Assembly (NCBI GenBank): GCA_964372275.1
Contig: CAYJRR010000007.1
Coordinates: 1 to 64,000, forward strand
DNA: 64,000 nucleotides
Direction: 5' to 3'
Source of the DNA: an uncultured bacterium
GTDB lineage: Bacteria; CAYJRR01
Shown here: positions 9,426-18,715 of the stretch, one piece after another
How the letters are laid out: each line of letters opens with the position of its first letter
How positions within the stretch are numbered: position 1 is the first letter of the stretch
The notes under the pieces: generated by a model
Database searches by the model: none
What the model was told of the DNA's origin: nothing
What the model saw: only the letters and a program-made list of their open reading frames with translations
Made by a program: the position numbers and the translations under genes

Positions 9426-10618
9426 CCGCGACCCCCTTCGATCAAGCCACCATACAGCGCGTCCAGCTCGCGTATCAACCGCGCGGGGGTGAATCGCTGG
9501 GCGGCTTCGGCCCGCCCCGCCGACGCCAGCCGTGTCCGGAGCTCGTCGTCGTCCGCCAGCCGTCCGAGCGCGATGGCGAACAGGTCGTCCCGCTCCGGCG
9601 GCACGAGCAGGCCGGTTCGGGCGTCGTCGACGACGTCGGCCGCTCCCCCCACCGCGGTGGCGACGACCGCGCGCCCGGCCGCCATCCCCTCGACCGCCGA
9701 GGTCGGGCTCCACTCGTGGCGCGAGGCCAGGGCGACGACGTCGAGGTCCTCGTAGACGGCGCGCAGGTCCTTTCGCCATCCGGTGAAGACGACGCGGTCG
9801 GCCATGCCGAACCCGCGCGCCTGCTCCTGTAGCTCGCGCCGGCACTCGCCGTCGCCGACGAAGACGTAGCGCACGTCGCGCCGGGTCCGGCGCCGGAGGC
9901 GGCTTCCCGCCGCAATCACCGCCGCGTGGTTCTTCTCGGGGCTCAAGCGCCCGATCACCCCGATCAGGATCGCCTCGCCCGGAAGGTCGAACTCCGTCCG
10001 CAGCGCGCCGCGGTCCCCCGGCCTCCGCACCCCGGTCCCGAGCAGCCCGTCGACGTCGGCCGCGGTCGGGATCACGACGAACTGCGAGGGCCGGCCGATT
10101 CCGCGCGCGAGAAGGTCGCGCGCGAACGACTCGGTCGGCACGGCGATCCGGTCGGTGGCGCGCGCGAGCCACCCTTCGGCGGTGCGGAACTGGTCCTCCT
10201 GCAGCGCACCGAAGGCGTGCCGCCCGGTGTGGCTGTGGTAGCCATGGACCACCCGGAGCGGCGGCGCGTCGCGCGGCCGCAGCCGGTTCCACGCCCACGC
10301 CGCGACCCGCCCCGCGCGCCCGGCGCGCAGGGCGTGGGTGTGGACGACGTGGGGGCGGGTCCGGGCGAACATTCGCAGCAGGCGGACCACCGCCGGGAAG
10401 CCGCGCGGGTGCGCGAGCCCGGGGAGGATCTGGAGGTCGACCCCCCGCGACCGCGCGACGTCGCTCATGTCGTCCTCGTCGTCGCGCGTCCGGTCGGAGA
10501 CGAGCGTCGCGCGAAACCGCGCCGGGTCGAGCCCCGCGCACGCCAGCAGGGCGTGAAGGGTGGGGCCCCCGATGTCGAGGCGGCCGATCAGGTGCAGGAC
10601 GCGTATCGGCTCGCTCAT
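9422..10618 (-). CDS. GT4 family glycosyltransferase
   Basis: RVLHLIGRL-x-IGG, HVVHTH, IGRLSPEKNH and E-x7-EGMAAGRAVVATAVGG. Confidence 0.85.
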   Translation of the reverse strand: MSEPIRVLHLIGRLDIGGPTLHALLACAGLDPARFRATLVSDRTRDDEDDMSDVARSRGVDLQILPGLAHPRGFPAVVRLLRMFARTRPHVVHTHALRAGRAGRVAAWAWNRLRPRDAPPLRVVHGYHSHTGRHAFGALQEDQFRTAEGWLARATDRIAVPTESFARDLLARGIGRPSQFVVIPTAADVDGLLGTGVRRPGDRGALRTEFDLPGEAILIGVIGRLSPEKNHAAVIAAGSRLRRRTRRDVRYVFVGDGECRRELQEQARGFGMADRVVFTGWRKDLRAVYEDLDVVALASRHEWSPTSAVEGMAAGRAVVATAVGGAADVVDDARTGLLVPPERDDLFAIALGRLADDDELRTRLASAGRAEAAQRFTPARLIRELDALYGGLIEGGRG

Positions 10619-10636
10619 CGTCGCGTGCGGGCCGCG

Positions 10637-11224
10637 CTACTTCCCCTTCTTCAGCTCCGTCAGGACGAACCGCGCGATCGCCTTGAGCGTCTCGAAGACG
10701 CCGTCGCCCCGGAAGGCGACCCCTTCGAAGTCGGGGGCCGCCGTCGGATTCAGCAGCCCCCGCATCTCGGCCGTCGGCGCCGCGTTCGGCAGATCGCGCT
10801 TGTTGTACTGGATCACCTTGGGGATGCGCCCGTAGTCGTAGCCTTGCTCGGCGAGGTTCTCCTTCAGGTTCTCCAGGCTCTCGATGTTCGCCTCCATCCG
10901 CTCCACCTGGCTGTCGGCGACGAACACCACCCCGTCCACCCCCTTCAGGATCAGCTTCCGCGAAGCGTCGTAGAACACCTGCCCGGGGACGGTGTAGAGG
11001 TGGAACCGCGTCTTGAATCCGCGGATCTCACCGAGCGACAATGGGAGGAAGTCGAAGAAAAGCGTCCGCTCGGTCTCGGTGGCCAGCGAGATCATCTTCC
11101 CCTTCGCCTCGGGGCTCGTCTTCTTGTAGATGTACTGCAGGTTCGTCGTCTTCCCGCACAGTCCGGGTCCGTAGTAGACGATCTTGCAGTTGATCTCCCG
11201 CGACGAGTAGTTGATGAAACTCAT
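10637..11224 (-). CDS. mglA: Ras-like polarity/motility GTPase MglA
   Basis: [43 protein letters not shown] and NKRD closely match myxobacterial MglA. Confidence 0.97.
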   Translation of the reverse strand: MSFINYSSREINCKIVYYGPGLCGKTTNLQYIYKKTSPEAKGKMISLATETERTLFFDFLPLSLGEIRGFKTRFHLYTVPGQVFYDASRKLILKGVDGVVFVADSQVERMEANIESLENLKENLAEQGYDYGRIPKVIQYNKRDLPNAAPTAEMRGLLNPTAAPDFEGVAFRGDGVFETLKAIARFVLTELKKGK

Positions 11225-11227
11225 GGC

Positions 11228-11710
11228 CTAGGAGAACAGGTTGTCGATGTCGTCGTCGGTGATCTCGGCGAGCGGCGAAGCCCCTTCGCTCCCCGACTTT
11301 GCGACGATGCGATCGACGACGGCGGACAGCTCTTCCAGCGCCTTCTTCGCGCGCAGACGCACCAACCCCTGGGAGGAGGTCCCGTTGTTGAAGGTCACCA
11401 CCAGGATCAGCCGGTCGCCGACCTTCGTCATGTAGAGGTTGTCCCGGTCCCCTTCGTTGTAGGTGGAGCTGAAGTCCCCCTTCTCGCCGAGGATGCGCGC
11501 CAGGCCCCCGGTCGCCGAGATCGACCCGGCCGTGAGCGACGCGAGACTCGTGATGTCGAGCCCTTCGGTCTGTCCCGAGGAGGCGAGCGCCTGCCCGTTC
11601 TTGTCGATGACGAAGCAGGCCTTCGCGCGCGACTCGGCGGTCAGGCGGTCCAGGATCACCCGGATCTCCTTCTGCTCGGCCTCGTAGACGACCATCGAGT
11701 GCGCGGCCAT
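11228..11710 (-). CDS. mglB: Roadblock/LC7 GTPase-activating protein MglB
   Basis: IDKNGQ, TSLASLTAG, GLVRLR and C-terminal ITDDDIDNLFS; immediately upstream of mglA. Confidence 0.95.
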   Translation of the reverse strand: MAAHSMVVYEAEQKEIRVILDRLTAESRAKACFVIDKNGQALASSGQTEGLDITSLASLTAGSISATGGLARILGEKGDFSSTYNEGDRDNLYMTKVGDRLILVVTFNNGTSSQGLVRLRAKKALEELSAVVDRIVAKSGSEGASPLAEITDDDIDNLFS

Positions 11711-11727
11711 GCGGTCAAAACGTATCA

Positions 11728-12531
11728 CTATCCGGCGATGGAACGCATCAGGATGCCGGACCCGACCAGCGACAGGCCGCCGTCGCAGACCAGGACCGCC
11801 CCGGTGACGTAGGCGGCGGCCGGCGTGCAGAGGAACAGGGCGAGGTTCGCGATCTCCTCCTTCGTCCCGAACCGTCCGAGCGGAACGGTGGCGGCGATGC
11901 GCGCCCCGGCCTCCACGGTCGGCGTCAGGCGGCGCATCCCCTCGGTGTCGGCGATCGGTCCCGGCGTGATCGAGTTTACGCGCACGCCGAGCGGGCCCCA
12001 TTCGATCGCCAGCGTGCGCGTCACCATGTCGACTCCCGCCTTCGCGGCGCAGACGTGCGCCTGCAGCGCCGACGGCACGAACGCCTGGGTGGCGGAGACG
12101 TTTACGATCGACGCCCCCGGCCTGCGCAGGTGCTCGAAGGCGGCGCGGCAGACGTTGAAGGTGCCGAGCAGGTCGATGTCGACCACCGCCTTGAAGCCGT
12201 TGGACGACATCCCGAGCGCGGGTGCCGGGAAGTTTCCGGCGGCGCCGTTCACCACGACGTCGATCTCCCCCCACCGTTCGCGGGTTTCGCGGAGGACGGC
12301 GGCGACGGCGGTCGCGTCGCGCACGTCTGCCGCCGCGCCGGCCGCGACACCGCCGGCCGCCGCGATCCCGGCGGCCGCGGCGTCGAGCGTCTCCTTCGTC
12401 CGGCCGACGAGTGCCACCTTCGCGCCGTGCTCCGCCAGGCGCGTCGCGATCGCGAGATTGATTCCGCTGCCGCCGCCGGTGACGACGGCCACCTTCCCGT
12501 CGAGCAGCCGCTCCTTGAACACGCCGTCCAT
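11728..12531 (-). CDS. SDR oxidoreductase, 2,4-dienoyl-CoA reductase-like
   Basis: TGGGSGIN, NGAAGNF, HVCAAKAGV and EWGPLGVRVNSITPGPI. Confidence 0.85.
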   Translation of the reverse strand: MDGVFKERLLDGKVAVVTGGGSGINLAIATRLAEHGAKVALVGRTKETLDAAAAGIAAAGGVAAGAAADVRDATAVAAVLRETRERWGEIDVVVNGAAGNFPAPALGMSSNGFKAVVDIDLLGTFNVCRAAFEHLRRPGASIVNVSATQAFVPSALQAHVCAAKAGVDMVTRTLAIEWGPLGVRVNSITPGPIADTEGMRRLTPTVEAGARIAATVPLGRFGTKEEIANLALFLCTPAAAYVTGAVLVCDGGLSLVGSGILMRSIAG

Positions 12532-13011
12532 CTAGAACCTCCACGCGAACAGCGGCGCCCACGCGCCGCGCCGTCGCACGATCACCGGTGGCACCCGCCA
12601 GCGGGCGCCGCCGGGGCCGAGCTCCACCAGGGCCATCGTCGGCTCCTCGGTCGCCGCGAGCACTTCGCTGCTGATCACCCAGGCCAGGTCGAGGCCGCAG
12701 GCGACGATCCCTCCGAGGACGAACCCTTGACGCGGCGCTCGGCCGATCGCTCCCACGCCGCCGCCGACCGCGGCGTGCTCGAGGAAGTAGACGCCGATCC
12801 ACCCCGGGCCGCCGTCGTGCCAGAGCAGCGGCCCCTCCGGTCCCGCGCGCAGCCGCGCGTAGGTGAGCGTCGCGCCGCCGCACACCAGCCCCGCCACCGC
12901 CCCCCCGACCGCCGCGCCGCCGCGGTTCGTGCGGGCCGCGGCGGCGCGCGGCGCCGACGAGGCGCCGAGCGCCGAGGCGACCGCAAGGGCGACGCCGGCC
13001 GTCAGCCGCAC
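12532..13011 (-). CDS. Hypothetical secreted/membrane protein
   Basis: Signal-like N-terminus, Gly-rich hydrophobic segments, C-terminal WRF; fills the gap within the operon. Confidence 0.5.
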   Translation of the reverse strand: MRLTAGVALAVASALGASSAPRAAAARTNRGGAAVGGAVAGLVCGGATLTYARLRAGPEGPLLWHDGGPGWIGVYFLEHAAVGGGVGAIGRAPRQGFVLGGIVACGLDLAWVISSEVLAATEEPTMALVELGPGGARWRVPPVIVRRRGAWAPLFAWRF

Positions 13012-13889
13012 CGCACGATTCCGTCGATCACCGTCACCGCCACCCCCCCGATGCGGATCCGCCCCGACGCGCCCATCACCTCCAGGTCGAGCCGTCCCGG
13101 TTTTCCCATCGCGTCCCCCTGCTCCGCACGTGCGCGCAGGGGCGTGCCGTCCGAAGGAGGGGACAGGACCCCGTTTCGCAGGAGATAGTCGACGAGCGGT
13201 CCGTGGGCCGATCCGGTGACGGGATCTTCGCGGATCCCCTCCGCGGGCGCGAAAAACCGCGCGTGCGAGACCGAGCCCGGCTCGATCGTCTCCCGGGTGA
13301 AGGCGAAGGCACCGCGGACGCCGACGGCCGATCCGCGTTCGACCAGTTCGTCGTAGCGCGGCGCGAGCCTCCAGAGATCGGTCCGGCGGCGGAACGGCAC
13401 GAGGATCTTGGGACCGGTTCGGAGCACCGGAAGCTCCGCGTCGAGCGCCGCCGGTTCTCCCCCCAGCAGCCGCGCGATCTCGCCGGCCGGGATCGGACTC
13501 TCGCTCCACGGGTAGAGCGGGGTCTCGAGCCACACGCGGCAGCCCCCTTCGAAAGGCTCCAGCTCCAGCGCCAGCCGGCCGGCCGCGCAGCCGAGGGTGT
13601 AGCGGCCGGGGACGGCAAGGCGCCCCAGTTCGGCGAGGCGATGCGCGGTGGCGACGGTGGCGTGCCCGCAGAACGGGACCTCCATCGCCGGCGTGAAGTA
13701 CCGCAGCGTCAGATCGGCCCCCTCGCCGGGCGCGAGGACGAAGGCCGTCTCCGACGCGGCCACCGCGCGCGCCACGTCGCGCATCGCCCGTTCGTCGTGG
13801 CCGCCGCCGTCGACCACGACGCCGGCGCGGTTTCCCGCGCCCGGGTTTCGCGTGAACGCGTCGACCAGCGAGGCCCGGGTCTCCCGCAT
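13002..13889 (-). CDS. PhzF family isomerase/epimerase
   Basis: VDAFT...GNRAGVV, SETAFV, RYFTP-x-EVPFCGHAT and EDPVTGSA. Confidence 0.9.
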   Translation of the reverse strand: MRETRASLVDAFTRNPGAGNRAGVVVDGGGHDERAMRDVARAVAASETAFVLAPGEGADLTLRYFTPAMEVPFCGHATVATAHRLAELGRLAVPGRYTLGCAAGRLALELEPFEGGCRVWLETPLYPWSESPIPAGEIARLLGGEPAALDAELPVLRTGPKILVPFRRRTDLWRLAPRYDELVERGSAVGVRGAFAFTRETIEPGSVSHARFFAPAEGIREDPVTGSAHGPLVDYLLRNGVLSPPSDGTPLRARAEQGDAMGKPGRLDLEVMGASGRIRIGGVAVTVIDGIVRCG

Positions 13890-14488
13890 CACATCTCCCG
13901 CCGGTTCTCGAGGGCGCGGCCGAGGGTCACCTCGTCGAGGAACTCGAGGGTGCCGCCGACCGGCACGCCGTGGGCGATCCGCGTGACGCGCACCCCGAGC
14001 GGGCGGATTAGCTTCGCCAGGTAGAGCGCCGTCGCTTCGCCGCTGACGTTGGGGTTGGTGGCGACGATCACCTCCTGCACCCTCCCCCCGTCGAGCCGCG
14101 CGAGGAGCTCCTTCACCTTCAGCTCCTCCGGTCCGATGCCGTCGATCGGCGAGAGCGCTCCGTGAAGCACGTGGTAGCGCCCGCGGAAGCCGCGCGTGCG
14201 CTCGACCGCCAGGAGATCGCGCGGCTCCTCGACGACGCACAGCACGCCGTCGGCGCGCGCGCCGTCGCCGCAGCGCGCGCAGGGATCGGTTTCGGCGAGG
14301 TCGCAGCAGACGGAGCACAGCCGCATCCGCGCCTTGACCTCGGCGACGGCGGCGGCGAGCTCCCGGGCGTACTCCTCCGGCGCGCGAAGGATGTGGAAGG
14401 CCAGGCGTCCCGCAGTCTTCTCGCCGATGCCCGGAAGCTTGGCCAGGGCGTGGATCAGCCGGGTCAGCGCCGTCGGTTCTCCGCCCAC
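13889..14488 (-). CDS. recR: Recombination mediator RecR
   Basis: KLPGIGEKTA, C4 Zn finger, YHVLHGALSPIDGIGP, EVIVATNPNVSGEATA and TRIAHGVPVG. Confidence 0.97.
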   Translation of the reverse strand: MGGEPTALTRLIHALAKLPGIGEKTAGRLAFHILRAPEEYARELAAAVAEVKARMRLCSVCCDLAETDPCARCGDGARADGVLCVVEEPRDLLAVERTRGFRGRYHVLHGALSPIDGIGPEELKVKELLARLDGGRVQEVIVATNPNVSGEATALYLAKLIRPLGVRVTRIAHGVPVGGTLEFLDEVTLGRALENRREM

Positions 14489-14497
14489 GTCAGATGT

Positions 14498-16240
14498 TCA
14501 TCCCTTGCGAGCCGGCTTCACCTCGGCGAGGTGCGCCCCGAGCTCGCGGATCGCCGACTGGATTGCATCGCTCTTGAGCGCCTCCTCGCGGAGCGCCGAC
14601 GGGTCGACCGCCTTCTTCGCGCCGGAGGCGGTCTTCCGCTCCGCCGTGCGGTCGGCGCGGTGGTCGACGATCTTGACCTGGATCGATCCGCCGTGGAACT
14701 GGCGCGCCAGGTTCTCCAGCTCGGAGACCACCTCCGCCTCGCGGATGCGCCCCCCGTGCGGACTCTCCGGGTCGCTGGCGATCTCGAGGAGCGTCCCGTC
14801 GAAGCGGCTCAACGACGCCGCCTCGAGGTAGGCGCCGTAGAAACGCCGCCGCTCGGCGACGAACTTCACGTAGGCGAACCAGTCGAAGACCGGCACCTCC
14901 ACCGTCGCCGTGTCCGTCTGCTCCGGCCGCGCGGGCGGGGACGGCCGCGTGGGGGAGGCGTTCCTCTCGGCGGGCGGGGCCGGGTCCCGTCGCGACTCCG
15001 CCCGGGTCGGCGGCGTGCCGGATCGTGCGCCCGAGGCCGGCGGCGGCGCGTCGAGGCGCGTGCGGCCGTCGAACGTCCCGCCGGCGACCGCTTCGACCCG
15101 CGCCACCAGCTCGGCGACCGGCAGGATCGGCTCGGCGGTCGCCATCCGCAGGAGCGCCATCTCCAGCGCGAGCTGCGGACGGGAGCCTCGCGTCATCTCC
15201 TCCAGCGCCGACTCCAACATCAGGAACAGGTCGTCGATCTCCTGCCGCTCGAGGCGCGCCGCCGTCTGTCGCAGCGTCTCGATCTCCTCCGGCGACAGGT
15301 CGACCAGGGCGGACGGATCCTCCACCACCTTGACCACCATCAGGTCGCGCAGGCGCGACAACAGCTCGCGCGCGAAGGTCACCGCGTCGTAGCCGGCGGT
15401 CGCCACCCGGGACGCCACGTCGAGCGCCGCCCTGGCGTTCCGCGCCGCCAGCGCCTCGAGCAGGTCGGCGACCAGCGTCCGGTCGACGAGCCCCAGCGAT
15501 TCGACGATCTGCGCGTCGGTGACGCGCGTCCGCGCCGCCCCCTCCTCGCGCCCGGCGAAGGAGATCACCTGGTCGAAGAGGCTCTGCGCGTCGCGCATCG
15601 ACCCCTCGGCGGTGCGCGCCAGGGCCGCCAGCCCCGCCGCCGAGATCTCGATCTTCTCGTCGGCGGCGATCGCGGCCAGCCGCTCCGCAATCCGCTTCGG
15701 CGGGATCCGCTTGAAGTCGAACCGCTGGCAGCGGGAGAGGATCGTGACCGGGAGCTTCTGCGGCTCGGTCGTGGCGAAGATGAAGACGACGTGCGGCGGC
15801 GGCTCCTCCAGCGTCTTGAGGAGCGCGTTGAAGGCCGCGGTGGAGAGCATGTGCACCTCGTCCACCACGTAGATCTTGTAGCGCCCCTTGGAGGGCATGA
15901 ACCGCACGTTCTCGCGCAGCTCGCGGATCGAATCGACGCCGTTGTTCGAGGCGCCGTCGATCTCCAGCACGTCGAGCGAGCTCCCGGCGGCGATCTCCTT
16001 GCAGGAGTCGCAATCGTTGCAGGGGTCGAGGCTCTTCCCCGACGTCTGGCAGTTGAGCGCCTTCGCCAGGATCCGCGCGGTGGAGGTCTTGCCGCAGCCC
16101 CGCGTCCCGGTGAACAGGAAGGCGTGGTGGATCCGACCGAGCCGGAGCGCGTTGCGCAGCGTCTGGGTGACGTGCCCCTGCCCCACCACCTCGTCGAAGA
16201 CGCGCGGCCGGAACTTACGGGCGAGGACCTGGTATTCCAT
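14498..16240 (-). CDS. dnaX: DNA polymerase III subunit gamma/tau
   Basis: MEYQVLARKFRP, GTRGCGKTS, DEVHML, ALLKTLEEPP, TILSRCQRF and GSMRDA. Confidence 0.97.
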   Translation of the reverse strand: MEYQVLARKFRPRVFDEVVGQGHVTQTLRNALRLGRIHHAFLFTGTRGCGKTSTARILAKALNCQTSGKSLDPCNDCDSCKEIAAGSSLDVLEIDGASNNGVDSIRELRENVRFMPSKGRYKIYVVDEVHMLSTAAFNALLKTLEEPPPHVVFIFATTEPQKLPVTILSRCQRFDFKRIPPKRIAERLAAIAADEKIEISAAGLAALARTAEGSMRDAQSLFDQVISFAGREEGAARTRVTDAQIVESLGLVDRTLVADLLEALAARNARAALDVASRVATAGYDAVTFARELLSRLRDLMVVKVVEDPSALVDLSPEEIETLRQTAARLERQEIDDLFLMLESALEEMTRGSRPQLALEMALLRMATAEPILPVAELVARVEAVAGGTFDGRTRLDAPPPASGARSGTPPTRAESRRDPAPPAERNASPTRPSPPARPEQTDTATVEVPVFDWFAYVKFVAERRRFYGAYLEAASLSRFDGTLLEIASDPESPHGGRIREAEVVSELENLARQFHGGSIQVKIVDHRADRTAERKTASGAKKAVDPSALREEALKSDAIQSAIRELGAHLAEVKPARKG

Positions 16241-16303
16241 CGAAGGCCGAGGCCGACATGTAGCGCGGCCCGAGCCCCGCCGGCAAGGACGCGTGCGGTC
16301 GCG

Positions 16304-16415
16304 CTCGCGCCCTGGGTGCCCAAGGCCTCCGGCTGCCCCACGGCGCACGGAAAGAGCCGGTACCGTTGCTCCCTTCCGGGCCTGGCGGGGTTCCCAGTCC
16401 ACCCGTGGCGCGCGA
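16304..16415 (-). ncRNA. ffs: Second, 5'-truncated copy of SRP (4.5S) RNA
   Basis: Intact domain IV GAACCCCGCCAGGCCCGGAAGGGAGCAACGGTA; 101-bp repeat of the upstream copy with 2 mismatches; lacks the 5' arm of the terminal stem. Confidence 0.75.
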
Positions 16416-16458
16416 CTTGAAGGAGTTTGCCCGCGTTGCAGGCGCCCCGAAGGTACGG

Positions 16459-16598
16459 CTCGCGCCCTGGGTGCCCAAGGCCTCCGGCTACCCCACGGCG
16501 CACGGAAAAAGCCGGTACCGTTGCTCCCTTCCGGGCCTGGCGGGGTTCCCAGTCCACCGTCGCGCGGGACCGGAGGCCTCGAGCACCCAGGGCGCGAG
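16459..16598 (-). ncRNA. ffs: Signal recognition particle (4.5S) RNA
   Basis: Domain IV with GGAA tetraloop inside a long hairpin (CTCGCGCCCTGGGTGC...GCACCCAGGGCGCGAG); conserved position upstream of dnaX. Confidence 0.93.
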
Positions 16599-16656
16599 AC
16601 GGGCGAAAGAATGGATGCTCGCGACTCCGATGGCAAGGACCGTCCGTCCAGGATCG

Positions 16657-17118
16657 TCAGTCCAGGACGATCGGGTCGCCGACCCGGAGCACCCCCTCGA
16701 CCCGCACCTGCGCCCGCAAGCCGCCGCGGTGGACCAGACCGGCGCGGACCTTCTTCCCGGCGAGCGCCTCCAGGTGGGCGCACGGTTCGCACAGCCGGAT
16801 CCCCTGGAGGCGGACCTCCCCCACGCGGAACTCCCGTCCCACCAGGTGGTTGAGCGCGACGCCGCGCGTCAGCAGGTTTCGCCGCGTCTCCGCCGGCGCG
16901 AGCTCGAGGCCGTATTCGCGCGCCAGCCCCTCCAGCGCCTCGACCTCGATCAACGTCACGTCCCGGCCGGGGTCCGGCTTCCCGGAGAAGGTCCCGGCCG
17001 TCGCGGCGTAGCGATCGCCGTCGAGCCCGCGGCCGGGGACGGCGCGCGCCGCGTCGACCGCCCGCATCGGGGCGCCTGCGGCCGGGGCGACGTGGATGGC
17101 GACGAGGTGCGCCGTCAC
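16657..17118 (-). CDS. MOSC domain protein
   Basis: GLDGDRY, RDVTLIE, RRNLLTRG, CEPC and GGLRAQV. Confidence 0.9.
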   Translation of the reverse strand: MTAHLVAIHVAPAAGAPMRAVDAARAVPGRGLDGDRYAATAGTFSGKPDPGRDVTLIEVEALEGLAREYGLELAPAETRRNLLTRGVALNHLVGREFRVGEVRLQGIRLCEPCAHLEALAGKKVRAGLVHRGGLRAQVRVEGVLRVGDPIVLD

Positions 17119-17119
17119 G

Positions 17120-18289
17120 TCAGAAGGTCGCCGCGCCCGGCGTTCGCTGCGGCCGCCCGAAGAGGTAGCCTTGCAGCAGTTCGCACCCCGCCTCGACCAG
17201 CGCGTCCCGCTCGGCCGCGGTCTCGACCCCCTCGGGGATCACCAGCACCTTGAGCTCCTTGCAGAGCCCGGTCATCGCCCGGATCACCTTCTGCTTGCGC
17301 GCATCGCGGTCGATCCCGCGCACCAGGCCCATGTCGATCTTCGCCACGTCGGGGTCGATGCGCGCGAAGGTGGCCAGACCCGCGTGGCCGGCCCCCACGT
17401 CGTCGATCGCGATCCGGTAGCCGAGGTTCTTCAGCGCCATCAGCCGCGCGAGCGCGTCGGGGGAGGCCTCGAGCGACGCGCGCTCGGTCAGCTCGATCAC
17501 GATCCGGTCGGCGGATTTGGCGAGCGGCGACTGCGGATCGTAGAGATCGGCGTCCTCGAGATCGCGCGGATGGATGTTCATGAAGACGTTCGCCCCCGGC
17601 GGGAGGGTCGGGATCGCCGCCGCGACCAGGGATCGCAGGTGCCGGCCGAGCGCCACCAGCCTCCCCAGCGATTCGGCCGTCTCGATCAGCGCCAGCGGCG
17701 AGCCGAGCGACGGATCGTCGGACCGCGCGAGCGCTTCGTAGCCGTAGACCTCTTTCGTCGACCAGTTCACGATCGGCTGGAAGGCCATCCAGGTGGTGGC
17801 GAGGGCCCGCTCGAAGGTCAGCTCGAGCGCCGTGCGCTGGCCGGCGATCCCGTCGATTCCGGTCGCCATCCGCAGCGCCTCGCGCTTCGCCCAGGCCATC
17901 CGGTAGAGGGTGATCCCGTAGTCGACGACGCGGCGCAGCTCGGCCACCGACACCGGCTTGGTCAGGTACCGATAGGCGCCGAACTCCATGGCGCGGATGG
18001 CCGTTTCGGCCGACGGCGATCCGGTGACCAGCACCACCGGCAGGTCGAGATCGGTCTGGCGGACCCGGCGCAGCAGCTCCAGCCCGTCGAGGCCGGGCAT
18101 GGCGATGTCGCTGACGATGACGTCGAACCGCTTCGACTCGATCAGGGTCGCCGCCCGTGCGCTCTCCGAGACCGCCTCGATCCGGTGGCCGGTCGCGGCG
18201 AGCGCGTCGCGCAGGAACTCCAGCGCGGTCGGGTCGTCGTCGATCAGGAGGACCGATGCCGGACCGGTCGCCTCCCACTCGTCGGCCAT
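17120..18289 (-). CDS. Response regulator receiver + EAL c-di-GMP phosphodiesterase
   Basis: REC: LIDDD, SDIAMPGLDG, YLTKP; EAL: FQPIV, YEALAR, IELTE, IAIDDVGAG, KID, EGVET, LQGYLFGRP. Confidence 0.9.
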   Translation of the reverse strand: MADEWEATGPASVLLIDDDPTALEFLRDALAATGHRIEAVSESARAATLIESKRFDVIVSDIAMPGLDGLELLRRVRQTDLDLPVVLVTGSPSAETAIRAMEFGAYRYLTKPVSVAELRRVVDYGITLYRMAWAKREALRMATGIDGIAGQRTALELTFERALATTWMAFQPIVNWSTKEVYGYEALARSDDPSLGSPLALIETAESLGRLVALGRHLRSLVAAAIPTLPPGANVFMNIHPRDLEDADLYDPQSPLAKSADRIVIELTERASLEASPDALARLMALKNLGYRIAIDDVGAGHAGLATFARIDPDVAKIDMGLVRGIDRDARKQKVIRAMTGLCKELKVLVIPEGVETAAERDALVEAGCELLQGYLFGRPQRTPGAATF

Positions 18290-18365
18290 ACGCCGACGAT
18301 ACCGGAAACCCCACGGGGAGGCACGGTTTGCGTCCTCCGACGCGCTTGAATCGGCGGTGAACCGA

Positions 18366-18542
18366 CTACTTCTCTTCGCCAATCGGGATCGGCAGATCGC
18401 CCCCGGCCATCCAGGCAGGGTTGGGGGGCTGACCGACCATCGGAAGGCGCTGCTTCAGCCGCCGCCGCTTGCAGCGAACGCAGTGCTCGTAGAGCCAGTA
18501 ACCGTCGTCTCGAAAGGTGACCCAATGGTGGATGTGAAACAC
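18366..18542 (-). CDS. 58-aa His/Cys Zn-finger-like microprotein (absent from the ORF track)
   Basis: GTG start 5 nt after GAGGA; MFHIHHWVTFRDDGYWLYEHCVRCKRRRLKQRLPMVGQPPNPAWMAGGDLPIPIGEEK*. Confidence 0.6.
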   Translation of the reverse strand: MFHIHHWVTFRDDGYWLYEHCVRCKRRRLKQRLPMVGQPPNPAWMAGGDLPIPIGEEK

Positions 18543-18672
18543 GATCGTCCTCGCGGTGTTGCGTCCGGAGTGTAGCCTCCTTCGGGGGCGCCTGGGACAT
18601 CGACTTCCCTACCCACGTCGTTTTGCCTCGTGGATTGCAGATTTCCCATCAGCGATTCCGGGAGCTTACGGG

Positions 18673-18688
18673 TGGCGCTCCCCTTGCA
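18673..18688 (+). promoter_or_regulatory. Sigma-54 (-24/-12) promoter
   Basis: TGGCGC-TCCCC-TTGCA, exact GG-N10-GC spacing, 27 nt upstream of ATG 18716. Confidence 0.6.
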
Positions 18689-18715
18689 CACGGCGGGCGC
18701 CGGGAGGCCCCCCCG

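Noticed and set aside
13002-13889. PhzF as evidence of phenazine biosynthesis
   Set aside because: No other phz genes; stand-alone PhzF-family isomerases are widespread.
16303-16558. Direct repeat as a CRISPR array or prophage att pair
   Set aside because: Only two 101-bp units, both SRP RNA sequence; no cas or integrase gene and only 54 bp between them.
18455-18691. Ser/Thr-rich 78-aa ORF as a RiPP precursor
   Set aside because: No modifying enzymes nearby; it overlaps the better-supported 58-aa ORF, which has an RBS and a metal-binding motif.
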